Assembly (NCBI RefSeq): GCF_001194135.2
Contig: NC_068983.1
Location: 92,182,236-92,246,235 of the forward strand
Length of the DNA stretch: 64,000 nt
Source: Octopus bimaculoides
Lineage: Eukaryota
Direction: 5' to 3'
The notes beneath the pieces are model-generated. The model did no database searches. It saw only the letters and a program-made list of their open reading frames with translations, and was not told the DNA's origin. This document shows, one piece after another, positions 12,374-24,645 of this stretch; position 1 is the stretch's first letter, and the number at the start of each line of letters is the position of its first letter. The position numbers were made by a program, and so were the translations under genes.

Positions 12374-14300
12374 ATGCAAGGTGTCGAAGTAAGTCATTAT
12401 CTTCCAGGAAGATGACCAGCTTCCGCTTGACAATTCGTTCAATGACTTTGCTGACCTGTGAAGTTAGAGAAACAGGCCTATAAGTCTTAACATCTGCTCT
12501 GCTTCCACCTTTATGGATAGGTCATATGCCCTCGTTTAACTTTTTGAGATGTCTACCACTTACAAGGAGTCTTTGGAAGAGGATCTATGGGGTCTAGTGA
12601 AGGCCCCTTTGCATTTTTTGGGTAGATTGCCAGGAACTCGTCAGGGCCAGTGGTGAGTTTAATCTTATTTCATCAATGGCTGATATTACATTAGTTTCCT
12701 TTATATCAATTTAATCGATTATTGCCATCCCTTTATGTAAAGCTGTAGTGTCAAAGAACTCATCACGTATATATATTTGCAAGTGTCTCAAGGGAGATCT
12801 GAAAACACTTTTGTATTGCACACTGTATTTCACTTTGTATTTCACTTATCCTCACAAGATATGCAGAATATACAGTCAGTAAGCCATTTTCTTCGAATAA
12901 TGGCTTTATATTGTACCATACTGAGGCATACTTTTTCAAATTTGTTGAAGGCTTTAGGGTTCATTTTTACAGCCCAGACATGTTTTCTGCTCTCCCCTTT
13001 ACAAGGGAATGTTTGAGTTTGTTTTCAATCTCAAATACTGCTTGTTTCACAAAGGACCCCTCACTATTCTTTAGAGGCCCATTTAGATAATGCAAGATTT
13101 TTATTAGTCATCTCATTTGAATTTTCCTATCCTTTGGAATTGTGTTTTTCTGTTGGCCTGATAGTCTCTCTAGAATAAACTTATTGCAAATGTTGCATGA
13201 TTGTGATAATGTGTTGTAGTTTTATGTCAATATCCTACATAGAGGGACGAGTAGACCAGTTTTAGATCCCTTTCTGAATACTTTTCCAGTTGACTTTATG
13301 AAAGTTCAGGTGGAAAGGAGTTGGGTGCTTCATGTTCGCAGTTTTCCTCAGACTATACATTGTTAGTTCTACTAAGTTATGATCTGAAAAAATTGTTAAT
13401 GTCACTTTAACATGAATGAGTGATGCATTATTTGTGAAGCAGAGATCCAGGATTTTTACTCTTTGTTGGATGGAACACTATTTGCTTCATGAATAGCATG
13501 TTTGTAAGGTCAAGTAGAGACTGTTTACCTCTGCTCATGCTGTGACATACCTGAGAGGAAACTACCCTCGGACCATTGAACATTACAGAGGTTAAAGTCT
13601 CCTAACAGTACGTGAAGGCTGTCATCTAAGTTGGTTAATGCTTCTTCCATCCTTTTGAAGTTCTCTCCGAATGAGTCCCCATGATTTGGAGCATCTATTG
13701 GGTGATATGTATTGCCATTTTGATCTGTTTCGTAAGTATGACAGCATGATTACAGGTGAGACATGTTCCTGGATACACATCCTAACTCCATCATGAATTC
13801 TTCCCCTTCTCTCAATTTGAAATACAACATAGTTCTGTATGTGTATTTTGGTATCAGTTAGGTGTATTTCTGCTAGTGCCATGCATGTAACTAAGTCTCT
13901 CAGATATGAGGTTTTGTGCTGGTGGGATGTTATGAAGCCTCTGGCATTCAACAACAATGGTGTGGTGTTTGGGGTGTCCAGAGTGGCTATTGGTTTGACT
14001 TATGTGGAAGTGTCAGGAGTGGTCATCCATGAGCTTTCATTGTTTGCAGTGGCCTTGCATGCTAGAAATTGTTTTTTTGATTCTGTGTTTCTTCTAGCCA
14101 GGTAAGCTTCCTTACAATCTTCTGTGCCATGTCCGAAGAAGACTGCTGTTCAGTGCTGCTGTACATGCTGTATCTATATATTTTTCTTTGAAACAGTATA
14201 AATCTCATCTGCATATTTTAAAGGTGGAGACACTGTTTGTTGTGACCTGATCTTTGGATGTTCAAAGCAGCAGCCTATCCTCAGCTCTACCTTGCAGGTA
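12374..14300 (-). mobile_element. CR1-type LINE (ORF1 end, APE endonuclease, RT start)
   Basis: ORF 13622-13957 (LLNARGF...ALAEIHL...RRGRIHDGV) and PIHKGGSRADVKTYRPVSLTSQVSKVIERIV near 12400-12520. Confidence 0.8.
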
Positions 14301-14559
14301 GAATTTACTTACTAGGTGTCTGTGTGTGTTGTCTATTTTTTGTGGGGTTTTCATTGACACCTTTTAATATAGGCAACCTAAGTGGTTTCTTTCCATGATT
14401 GTTCTTTCTGAGAGCTGTTTGTTTTGGTTTTTCTTCTCTTTTATTTGTGTTTTCTTTTCTATGTATATGTATGCATATATAAATGAATGTGTGTGTATGT
14501 GTACGTATGTATTACCTAGCAGAAGCAGGAAAGAAGTGGTTTGCCAAAGTTATACAGCA

Positions 14560-15430
14560 AGAAGATCAGAGATGAGAGGTATTCCAGATAGCTTGACAGT
14601 ATACCTGAGGGAATCAAGATATTGTGAGTGAGAAGTGTGCATGAATGGATAATGGTATGCTTGCACTTAGTTACTCTTATAAGAAAGAGGCATGGATATG
14701 CTACAATGAAAAGTTATTAAATGTGGAGAATGCATGAGAGAAAAAAGGATCTTTCCAATGAATGATAGGCAATCAAGGATATGAAGACAGAGAAAGCCTC
14801 TGGTGTATCAAGAATAACTGCTGAGATGCTTAAAATATCTTGTGGGGTATTATACAGTCTAATAACCTGTGTAGTTAATCAGGAACGTATCATCCCCAAT
14901 GACAGATGTACCTGCATTATAGCCAAGGGTTACAAGTGTAATGGAAATACTTTAGAAAGAAGTCACTACAAAGGTATGAAAGTTAGAGAGAGCATTATAA
15001 CTAAATTAGAAACAGAATTAGAGAAGATGAACTGCAGTTTGGTTTTGTGCTGGTTAGAAGTACTAGTGATGCTATCTTCCTAGTGAGATAACTGCAGCAG
15101 AAGTATTTAGCTAAATGTAAAATATTACACTTGGCATTTGTTGATCTGGAGAAAGCATTCGAAAGAGTCCTTCACTTTGATATGGTGGTCTCTGAGGTAG
15201 CCAGAGCTAGATGAATGGCTTGATGGAGGTGCTAGCAGTAAGGTGGAAGTTAACCATGAGTACAAAGAGGAATTTAGTCTGCCAGTAGGCATGCATTAGG
15301 TTCAGTTCTCACTCCCCTCATATTCATCTTAGTCTTTCAGGAATTTAAGTCCAGCTACTCCTGCAAATTACTATATGCTAATGAACTCATTCTGATAGCA
15401 AAATCTGTAACAGAATTAGAAATAAGAATT
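14560..15430 (+). mobile_element. Decayed RTE RT fragment
   Basis: KASGVSRITAEMLK, LAFVDLEKAFERV and a broken G.VLSPL motif. Confidence 0.7.
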
Positions 15431-15760
15431 CCAATGGTTTTAGGATATCATTTTTGCTAGGGTATTGCCTAGCAAATTGTAATTGGTTTCTATTACATAC
15501 TCACTTCTTGGTTTTCTCTCCAAGATTTCTCTGATGTAGTAGTAAGAAAGAGCTGTTCTTCTTTGTGGATTCATCAAGTACCTCAGATAGAAATTTGTTC
15601 AAATATTCTCTTAAAACATCCCCATCTACATCTTGCAGGTCTGTGATATAGTTTGGCAGAGTGTGGAAAAGTTGTGGATCCTTGAAACATAAGTTGTTAC
15701 AGTACTGGGTCCTTACCCTGGATAAAGAGATCAGGACCTTTGGTACTATGTAATGGCATC
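15430..15760 (-). mobile_element. CR1-type LINE 3' coding fragment
   Basis: Minus-strand FKDPQLFHTLPNYITDLQ...YLNKFL resembles the CR1 ORF2 C-terminus. Confidence 0.5.
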
Positions 15761-15865
15761 CAGTTCATATATATATATNNNNNNNNNNNNNNNNNNNNNN
15801 NNNNNNNNNNNNNNNNNNNNNNNNNNNNNNNNNNNNNNNNNNNNNNNNNNNNNNNNNNTATATAT

Positions 15866-16180
15866 ATGAGGGGTACCCGAAAGTAACTGGAAACATTCTC
15901 TGTGGGACAAGCCCGTTGTAGTTCAGGCTTCTACTGCTAGAAGCCTCTTGATACAACCCTCAAGCATCAGTCTACTCACTGGTGTCATTGATTGGTATTG
16001 CACTGCCATGTGGTGCGTCTTTGTTTTGCTTCGCCCCTGTTCGTCAATTCTGTCTGTTGACCTCTGAACGAATGTAAACATCATGAAAATTCATGAGCTG
16101 ATCTTGAAGGACTGTCATCGAATGATTGCCAAACTTTTTGATATAACTGTTGTGTTCTAGAGCTCTTGCCAACGAATTTT
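15866..16180 (+). mobile_element. Tc1/mariner-like 5' terminal fragment
   Basis: TA-tract followed by TGAGGGGTACCCGAAAGT, resembling mariner TIR starts. No second TIR seen. Confidence 0.45.
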
Positions 16181-16199
16181 GAGCGAGGAATTATGAATG

Positions 16200-16460
16200 G
16201 AAAGCAGTTTTTTAGTTTTTGTGTTAAGTTTCTGTTTGTCGCTTTTGGTCCAATCAACAATTCTTTTCACTATCTGTTTTTGGTAATTTCTGGTGGGGAG
16301 GCTTTGGTCTCGTGCTGCAATTAAAAATCCTTTAGTCTCTGTTTTTATCCCTGAGCTTCTCAGACATTGTTGGGATTTTACTTTGTCTGTTTCTTTTCTG
16401 TTTAGTTTAATCCAGTATTTGCCATGAAGGGGCTTTTCTTGCTATTGTTTTATCATGATC
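16200..16460 (-). mobile_element. R4/Dong-clade LINE fragment
   Basis: Minus-strand KPLHGKYWIKL...KSQQCLRSSGIKTETKGFLIAARDQ. Homologous to 54301-54458. Confidence 0.75.
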
Positions 16461-18830
16461 CATTACTATTCTAGTATATGGCAGTTTGCACATATACATC
16501 ATACAATTTACCTTTCACTCTGAGCAAGAGGCCCTTTGTCACCAGTAGGGGTAGAAGCTTTCTGAACTTCGCCCAGGCTATTCTTATTCTAGTGGTAACA
16601 CTCTCTGACTATCCACCCCCACTACAAACTTGGTCACCTAGTTACCAGAAGCTATCAACTACTTCTAGTTACTCCCCCTGGCATGTGATGGAATCTGTTT
16701 TCTGAGCATCTGTGGTGTTTATTGCTCCTGTGCATCTGCTGCACACGAAAGCTATCTTCCCATTTAATCTTCCTTTGACATTGCTGCATTTCTTATGTGT
16801 CCATAGCTTACACTGGGTACATCTTATGAAGTTTCTACCTATGCCTTTTCTACAGATTGAGCTGGGCCATCTACATGAAAGGGTGTGTGATGTGTTCACC
16901 TTCCTACATACTAGAACTTTGGGCTTTGCAACATTGACTCTAAGGCTCTTCGATTCTAAACCTTGCTTCCACACTTGAAATTTCTTCTCTAGTTCTGGTA
17001 GTGATTCTGCTATGAGGGCCAGGTCATCAGCATAGAGAAGCTCCCAGGGGCAACCTGTCTTGAATTCCTCTGTTATTTCCTGGACCCCTACTTCTACCTG
17101 GAATTCTTCACTATAAACATTGCCAATCCTAACCCTACTAATGGCATCTCTGTATAAGGCCTATACAGCTCTTATTAACCATTCATTAATCCCCAGTTTC
17201 CGCATTGCCCACCAGATAAGGGATTGGGGGACTCTGTCAAAGGCTTTCTCCAAATCCACAAATGCCAAATATAGGGGTTTATCTTTGGCTAGGTACTTCT
17301 CCTGCAGTTTCCATACCAGGAATCATTAAAAGCAAGTGCACCATCATTCATGCGGACACATTTCTCTCCTGTGACATCACAATTTTCTCTCACACACTGT
17401 CTTGCAATCCAAAATACTTCAGTTCTTTGGTCCTCATGTTGCTGGCTATGTATACCTGTCTATGTATACCTGTCGCCCTGGCTATGTATACCTGTCGCCC
17501 TGGCTATGTATACCTGTCGCCCAGCCTCCCTTTTAGCTATCTGGTACAGTTCCCTGCTACCCCCACCCTTCCAGGCCTGTTTCTTTGCTCTGATGGCTTT
17601 GTCTACCGTATTATTCCACCACCATATTACTCTAACCTGAAAGGGACTTTGCACCACCCGCAGACTTGGTCTGTGGCACTCAGTAAGCTGTCCCGTAGGA
17701 ATTTGCAGCTACCTTCTATGTCTGAGGACTGTCACTCCTCCTCCCTCTCATCAAATTTCTTGACGAGGATGTCCCTAAATCTCTGACCATGTGAAGGGTT
17801 CTTTAGCTTCCAAATCCTTCTCTTCTGGATTGGTCTGCTTCCTGGCATCCTTCTGGTCTCTAGTCAAAAGTCACTAATGACTAGTCTATGTGGGGTGCAT
17901 CCCTCACCTGAGAGGATCTTTGCATTTTAGAGCAACCCTGCGTCCCACTGTCTGGTGAGGATGAAATCAATCTGGCTAGTTGAGTCACCTGATTGATAGG
18001 TTATCAAGTGGCCGTCTGGCTTCCTGAACATTGTGTTGCAGATTAAAAGGTTACATGCATCACATAACTGCAGTAGCCTAGATCCCTCATTGTTCTGGGA
18101 ACCAATACCATGGCCCCCATATATACCAGTGAAGATATGGGATTTCTGCCGAACTTGCCCATTAAAATCTCCAGCCAAAAAGATGGTCATTGCCATTCAT
18201 CTTTGAGGTAGTCTGTAGAAGGGTATCTTAAAAATAGTCCTTCTGATCATTTGGTAGTCCCACTTGTGGGGTGTAGGCAGAGATAATTGTAGCTGTACTG
18301 TTCTGTAGAACTAACCTGAGCTTGAGCACTCTATCACATATCCTGACAACCTCTATGACCTCATCCACCCATTTCTCCACAAGGAGTATGCCTACACCCC
18401 ATACTCCATCGATGTTACCTTGCCAGAAGATTTTATACCTATGTGCCTTGCCTGTGAGGACCCTAACTGAAGCTCCTCTCCATCTTACCTTTTGTATGCA
18501 GCATACATCGACCCGTCTCCTTTCAAGCATCTCTACAATCTCACTAGACCTACCTTTCAGTGTGCCTATATTGACAGTGCCAAGTCTGAAAACTGGGAAA
18601 GGATGTGGGGTGAGGCTTGGGGAGGAGAGATGTTATTCAGCGCCTGAAGAGGGAGGTTGTCGTGTTCATTTTTTAGGCATGCTTCACCTGTTCTCACTTC
18701 CGACCTGACATCATTCAAACATTCAAGCGTGTTGAGATTGTTATCCCTACTGGCGGTAGGAGCAGGTGTTAGCAGCATTGTAAGTATAAGCATTATGGTC
18801 ATCGTAATAATGTAAATTTAAGTGGTGTTG
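16460..18830 (-). mobile_element. RTE LINE, 5' region with APE endonuclease and internally deleted RT
   Basis: ORFs 18228-18530 (VDVCCIQKVRWRG, ISAYTPQVG), 17927-18196 (LAGDFNGQV, QIDFILTR) and 16669-16974, plus FVDLEKAFDRVP near 17250. Confidence 0.9.
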
Positions 18831-19084
18831 CAAATATGGATATTCCAATGTTAGATTAGGTAGAGAGTCAGCTAAGCTGTTTGTGTTTGTCCAGGAGAGG
18901 GGATTGCAGGTATGATGGTGGGTACCACCAGCAGGGGCGGGGTTCAGACAGAGAGAGAGGAAACTAGCTCATCCCTACAAACACATAAGCTTGCACGTGC
19001 ACCTACACACAGGAACAAGCATACATGGATAGCCCATTAGCTTTCTCCTTCACTTGATATGTCCAAGGAAAATTCCTGGGTAGT

Positions 19085-19440
19085 TGTTGGCATGTTTCTA
19101 GATGGAACAAAACAAAAGATAGCCAGTTAGGTAGGTGGGCAGCTAACCTAGTTGCATTTGTCCCAGTAGAGAGAGAGAGAGGGTGCAGGTAATATAGAAA
19201 ATAGCACCAGTAAGGAGAGGGGAATTGAGAGGAGAGACATCTGGTAATGGGGGTGACAAATTTCTAGACAGAACGAAACAAAAGAGTTGGTTAAGTAGGT
19301 GGGCAGCTGAGCTAGTTGCATTTGTTCCAGGAGAAAGAGAAAGAGTGCAGGTAATATATAGAGAACAGACCAGTAAGGAGGAGGGGCTGAAAGAAGAGAC
19401 ATCGAGTAATGGTGGTAGGAGGAGAGAGAGATATCCAGTG
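19085..19440. repeat. Tandem dimer of a ~165-bp purine-rich unit, with a degenerate third copy near 18865-18910
   Basis: The unit TTTCTAGA..GAAC.AAACAAAAGA...GTAGGTGGGCAGCT...TAGTTGCATTTGT...GTGCAGGTAATATA...CCAGTAAGGAG...GAGACATC occurs at about 19095 and 19260. Confidence 0.75.
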
Positions 19441-19799
19441 TAGATGGTGGGAAGATAGAGATATCCAGTATTGGTGGTGGGGGTGGGAGAGGGCAAGCAC
19501 ACTGCAAACAACAAAATTTAGTTTGGGGAGATGGTATGAGGAACGAAAATAATGGTGATAATAATATACATTCAGAGTGTTCATGGCAAATGAGAGACTA
19601 ATCCAAAGAAACAAGAAATTAAACAAACCAAGAAACAAGTAATTATCTTAACAAAATTATATGAGATAAAGTTATATTTTGAGGGGTCAGTTTAAATGGT
19701 TAGCTCATGAAAACTAGCTGTTAGTAGCAATACATTTAAAGTGTTAATGGCAAATGAATGTATGAAAGATAAAAAAATAAAAAAACGAGAGAATCTTAA

Positions 19800-21480
19800 C
19801 TTAGCAATGCATCATCATTTGGCAAAGGAATGGAATGAAAACACATGAGACAAGAATTTTTGAATTCTTTTTTTTTTTGTATTTGTCAGCTTCCGTAACA
19901 ACTGAAAACAGTTTTTTGTTTTGTTTGTGTTTTGTGGCTGTATGTATTAGTTTTCCTTGCTTCTGAAGTAGGTATTTCTGCAGTCCTATGGTGGTTATTT
20001 TGTAATAATTTTCTACCACCTTCCATACCTTGTATATATAATCTTTGTATGTCCGATTTTGGGTGATGCATCCTAAATTCTGTCACTATTTTTCTTGTTT
20101 TCCTGTCTATTTTGATTAGCTCATTTAGAGTCCAGTTAAAAATATTGTAGCTGTAACTTATAACTAGGATGGCTCAAATGTTGATACCTATTGTTTTGTT
20201 TTTTGCATTGAGCTCTGTTTTCAATATCAGTCTAAGTCGTCTATAATATTCTTGCCTTATCTTATCTTTCATTTTGTGTGTTGTATCATATCTAGTTTAT
20301 TGATTCCTAAGTATTTGTATGTCTGGCTTTGGTCTAATTCTCTTATTTCATTTGCTTTATCTAGTGTGATGTTACAACTCTTAACTAATTTTCCTCTTTT
20401 CAAGGTTGCTTTGGCACATTTTTCTAAGCCAAATCTCATGTTTATTTCTTTGGTAAATCCATGTACTATCTGTAGTAATGTTTCCAGCTGTTTATCATTT
20501 GTAACGTTCAGTTTTAGATCATCCATATATAAGAGGTGGCTGATTGTTTTGCCGTAACAGTTCTATTTAGCATGTCAGATAAAGGTGTCAGTGCCAAGCA
20601 GAAAAGGAGTGGAGAGAGTGTGTCTCTCTGGAATATTCCACTTCTAATGGAGATGGCTTTGGTTTTTATGAGTCCCTCTTTTATCTGGAGCTGTAGCACT
20701 GTCTGCTATTTATTCATGGAATGTTTTATATATTTCATGATTATTGGTGCTACTTTGTTCATGGCTAGTGTTTCTAGGGTCCATGTGTGGAGAATAGTAT
20801 CAAAAGCCTTTCAGTAATCGATCCAGGCCATACTTAGACCCTTCTTCTTTCTGCGGCTGTCTTCAGTTATGGCTTTATTGATCAGTAGCTGATCTTTACA
20901 GCCAATATGAGTCCTTGCAGCATCCCTCCTGCTCTTCTGGAAACAGGTTGTTTTCTTCCAGATGTTTGCTCATTCTCTGCAATATTATAGCAGTAAAGGC
21001 TTTGTAAATTGTAGGGAGACAAGATATCGATCTGTAATTTTGTGGGTTTGCTGTTTCAGTGGATTTGAGAATTAGGATACTTTTCCCTTCTGTGAGCCAC
21101 TCAGGCATTGTCTCTGGCTCTGCTAGTATTTCATTAAATTTCTCAGCCAGCTTTTTACGTGAGAAGCTGGAGATCTTGTCACACCCAGGTGCCTTCCCGT
21201 TGTTTAGTTTTTGCAGTGCCTGGTTGACCTCTTCAGTTGTTATAGGGTCCAGAATTGTTCAGGTGCTGTGTTTGTTGTTTTGATAGAACTTTTCTGAGGT
21301 TGTTCCTTTGCCGACCATATTTCTCTCCAAAATTCTTCCACTTTTGTTGTTGGTGCTGCATTTTTGCCAAGTTCTGGTAAAATCTTTTGGGATTGAAGTT
21401 GAACTGTTTGTTTTGTTCAAAGAAACATTGGCGTTTCTCATGATTATCATTATTATTATTATTTCTCATACACACATCAG
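19800..21480 (-). mobile_element. Decayed R4/Dong-clade LINE (RT region)
   Basis: MPEWLTEGKSILI, NYRSISCLPTIYK, GIFQRDTLSPLLFCLAL, YIWMI/MDDLKL, FGLEKCA, YKYLG, RLYI....GGR.L. Abuts (ATT)n at about 21450. Confidence 0.85.
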
Positions 21481-21489
21481 ATTAAACTG

Positions 21490-24340
21490 TTGGAAAAAAT
21501 TCCTACCATCATGCTACAGCAAGTAAGCTTTGATGCTAAGAGCCTTTCTAAGTATCCTAGCAGTCTCTGATAATACTGTTTTCTAGATCTGCACTAAACT
21601 AGGTTTTATGCCGACTTCTTCTACCCATTTGTTCAAATGTTTAAGAATAGCCCCTGATGCACCTACAGGGATTCATTTTACCCACACTTTCCATAGCCTC
21701 GATAACTCATTGGCTTGGTTCAGATAATTTGTTACTTTCTCTATACCTCTAATATTGACTTTTTCATCACTAAAGTCAATTACCTGGCACTTTCTATTCT
21801 CTTTGTCTACTACTACTACTAAATGAAGCCTTTTAGTGTCAGTCTGAATGTTAACATTGCACAATATCTTATATTTCTTACTTTCTAGTACTTTATTATG
21901 TTCATGTTCATACCGCTTATCAGTGTAGTCAAATCCTAGCTTTACACAGTGGATTATTCTCCCTAGATTGTCATGTGTTTTCTTGTATTCTTTTTGTGCT
22001 AACGTGCAACATTCACTTGCTATATAATTAACATTTTCCTCTTTTGATTTACATAACCTACAATGTGAATTTACCTGGTTTTTGTCTATTTGGCTGTTAT
22101 CCTGTTAGTTCTCAATGCTTGATTTGTGCTGCTACTAACAAACTTTCTGTTTATTTTCTGCTTTCATTTCTGCAACCATAACCATGTCTCACTATTACTA
22201 TTTCCTGTAATTATCTTTGGGAATCTACCATGCAAAATTTTCTCTTGCCAGTCAGATAATTTTGGTTCTTTTTTTTAGTTTTTAACTTCATTTGGTATTT
22301 TGGTTTCCCTATTTCTTACTGTTGCTCTGGCTGATCTTAATAAAATTTCCTCATTATTACCTATGTAGGAAGCTATATCTACTCTAACTAACTCCATCCA
22401 GCCTTCTACTGATAATACTCCTCTACCACCTTCCTTTCTAGGTAAGTATAATCTTGCTCCTCCTGCTCTTGAGTGAAATCCTCCATTCATATTGAATTCC
22501 TTCCTAGTTCTATCCAGATTTGCTAATTCAGATTTTGTCTAATATACAAGAGCTGTTGAATATATAAGTAACGATACTGCCCAAGTATAAAAAACATTCA
22601 CTAGATTTGGACAATTTAGCTTTGACTTCATTAGCTTCCTCACCCTTTTGATGTACTCCTCAATTTTTGTTTTCATTTTTATAGTTAGTACTTTTGTCAT
22701 ATTCTAATGTCCATCATCAATCATCATCATTGTTAACGTCCATTTTCCATGCTTGTATGGGTTGGATGGTTCAACTGGGGTCTGGGAAGCTAGGAGACTG
22801 CTCCAGACTCCAATCTGATCTGGCAGTGTTTCTACAGCTGGATGCCCTTCCTAACGCCAACCATTCCATGAGTGTAGGGGGTGCTTTTTACGTGCCACCG
22901 GCACAGGGGCTGGAGAAGGCTGGCAACAGCCACGATTGGTTGGTGCTTTTTACGTGCCACCAGCACGGAAGCCAGTCAAGGTGGTGCTGGCATCGGCCAT
23001 GTCTGGATGGTGCTCTTTACTTGCCACCGGCACGGGTATCACAACTACAATTTCCATTTTATTTTCATTTTGATGTTGATGTATTTGACTCAGTAGATTT
23101 CCTCAAGCACAGCAGGTCGCCCTACGATCCAAGGTACTTTTGATTTGGCTGGGGCTGGTTATGCAAAACTGGGGTAGGATACAGCCGTGAACTCACTTTA
23201 TTTGCCAGGTCTTCGCAGTCCCAGCATATCTCCAGAGGTCTGGGTCTTTTGTCATTGCCTCTGTGAGGCCCAACGTTCGAAGGTCATGCTTCACTACCTC
23301 ATCCCATGTCTTCCTGGATCTATCTCTACCCCAGATTCCTTCAACTGTTGGAGAGTGGCACTTCTTCACACAGCTCTCCTCATCCATTTGTAGTACATGA
23401 CCATACCAGCGCAAACGTCTCTCTTGCACTCCACTCTCCATTTTTCAGTGATTCTAATGTCTGGTTATCTGGTAATTGGATGCCTTCATTGCTGACTACC
23501 TGTGCTTTTTTAATGACAAATGTTGTGCACTTATCTATACCCAATTCCATACCTATATCTTTGCTGAGGAGTCTTACAGTTTGTATTAAGGATTTTATCT
23601 CTTTTTTTATTCTTACTAAAATACTTTAGATCATCCATGTAGAGCAAATGGTTAATTTTTTCCTTTACTATTTCTAAACTGATACCCTGCTTTTGCCTTT
23701 CTTAAAACTAAACTGAGTGGAATTAAGCATAACACAAATATTAAGGGGTATAATGAATTTTGGGTATAGTTTAGCAGTGTAGAATGCATATAATACTTCA
23801 GTGTAGTCATCATCTGTCCATCGCTCTTTTTTTATTTTGTTTTTCATTTGGGCAGCGATATTAAGAGATGGGTTTGTATGTTCAGTGTTAACTTTTTGAC
23901 AGAACACCATCTTTGGTCATGTGTTAAGGCTTCTTTCATATTTTGATTGCCTGAGACATGCAGATCAGAATTCATCTCTATTCTCATAGTTTTATTATCA
24001 GGCATATCTGCTTTCTTCTCTCTGTTTATTTCATATCCTTGCATTTGGATATATGAGTTAATGAAGCGAAGTAAAACAATTTATTTACATAATGTACTTC
24101 AACTACTGCTACACAAGGCTCCAAATGCTCTCTGTCGTCTCAATAATAATGTTTCTCTTTACAAGAGCTTGATGAGTTCATCTTTTTATCACACAGGTGT
24201 GTTAATATCTATCACCACAACTTCTCCCCTTTTGAGATTGACTTCCGCTGGAAGTGAATAATCTTTTTCTTTCTTTTTTCACATCACATCTCCCTTCTTG
24301 AGATTTACTTCACTCAAAGCTTGATTTTTTTTTTCCGTTT
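21490..24340 (-). mobile_element. Second decayed R4/Dong-clade LINE, interrupted by an RTE insertion
   Basis: N-terminal RWTDDDYTEVLYAFY (23674-23910), GDDLKYF...LGIDKC near 23500-23640, RLYLPRKEGGRGVLSV (22275-22490), and the C-terminal restriction-like endonuclease region (21673-21864). Confidence 0.75.
22720..23430 (-). mobile_element. 5'-truncated RTE LINE: ORF end, 3' UTR with three hairpin repeats, (GAT)n tail
   Basis: ORF 23193-23441 (RRLRWYGHV...DPDLWRYA) is followed by the 3' UTR family seen at 1-150. Confidence 0.85.
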
Positions 24341-24645
24341 TGGAACTACCACCAACAATTTTATATGTTTTCTTTTTTTTTTTTTGTACTAGTACTCTTT
24401 GGTCTGACAATTTTTTGCAGAGTCATTATATCAAAAATATCATAGGGAACTTTCATGGGTACTTCTTTCCTTGTCACCCTTTCTTCAGTAAACCTTTTCA
24501 GCTGATTTATGTGTCTTTTATGTTCCTATTTCAAATCTTTCACCATGTTTGTCATTTTACCAATCCATTTTATTATTTTGCTATCTTTCCAACCTTATTT
24601 TCCATTTCTGTACACTCTGAAAAACACCTTATCACCAGTTTTTAA

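Noticed and set aside
17446-17522. 22-bp tandem repeat in the RTE coding region
   Set aside because: A local slippage duplication in a dead element, with no sign of function.
22878-23035. CRISPR-like appearance (25-bp repeats with spacers)
   Set aside because: Eukaryotic context, the repeats lie in an RTE 3' UTR, spacing is irregular, and there are no cas genes.
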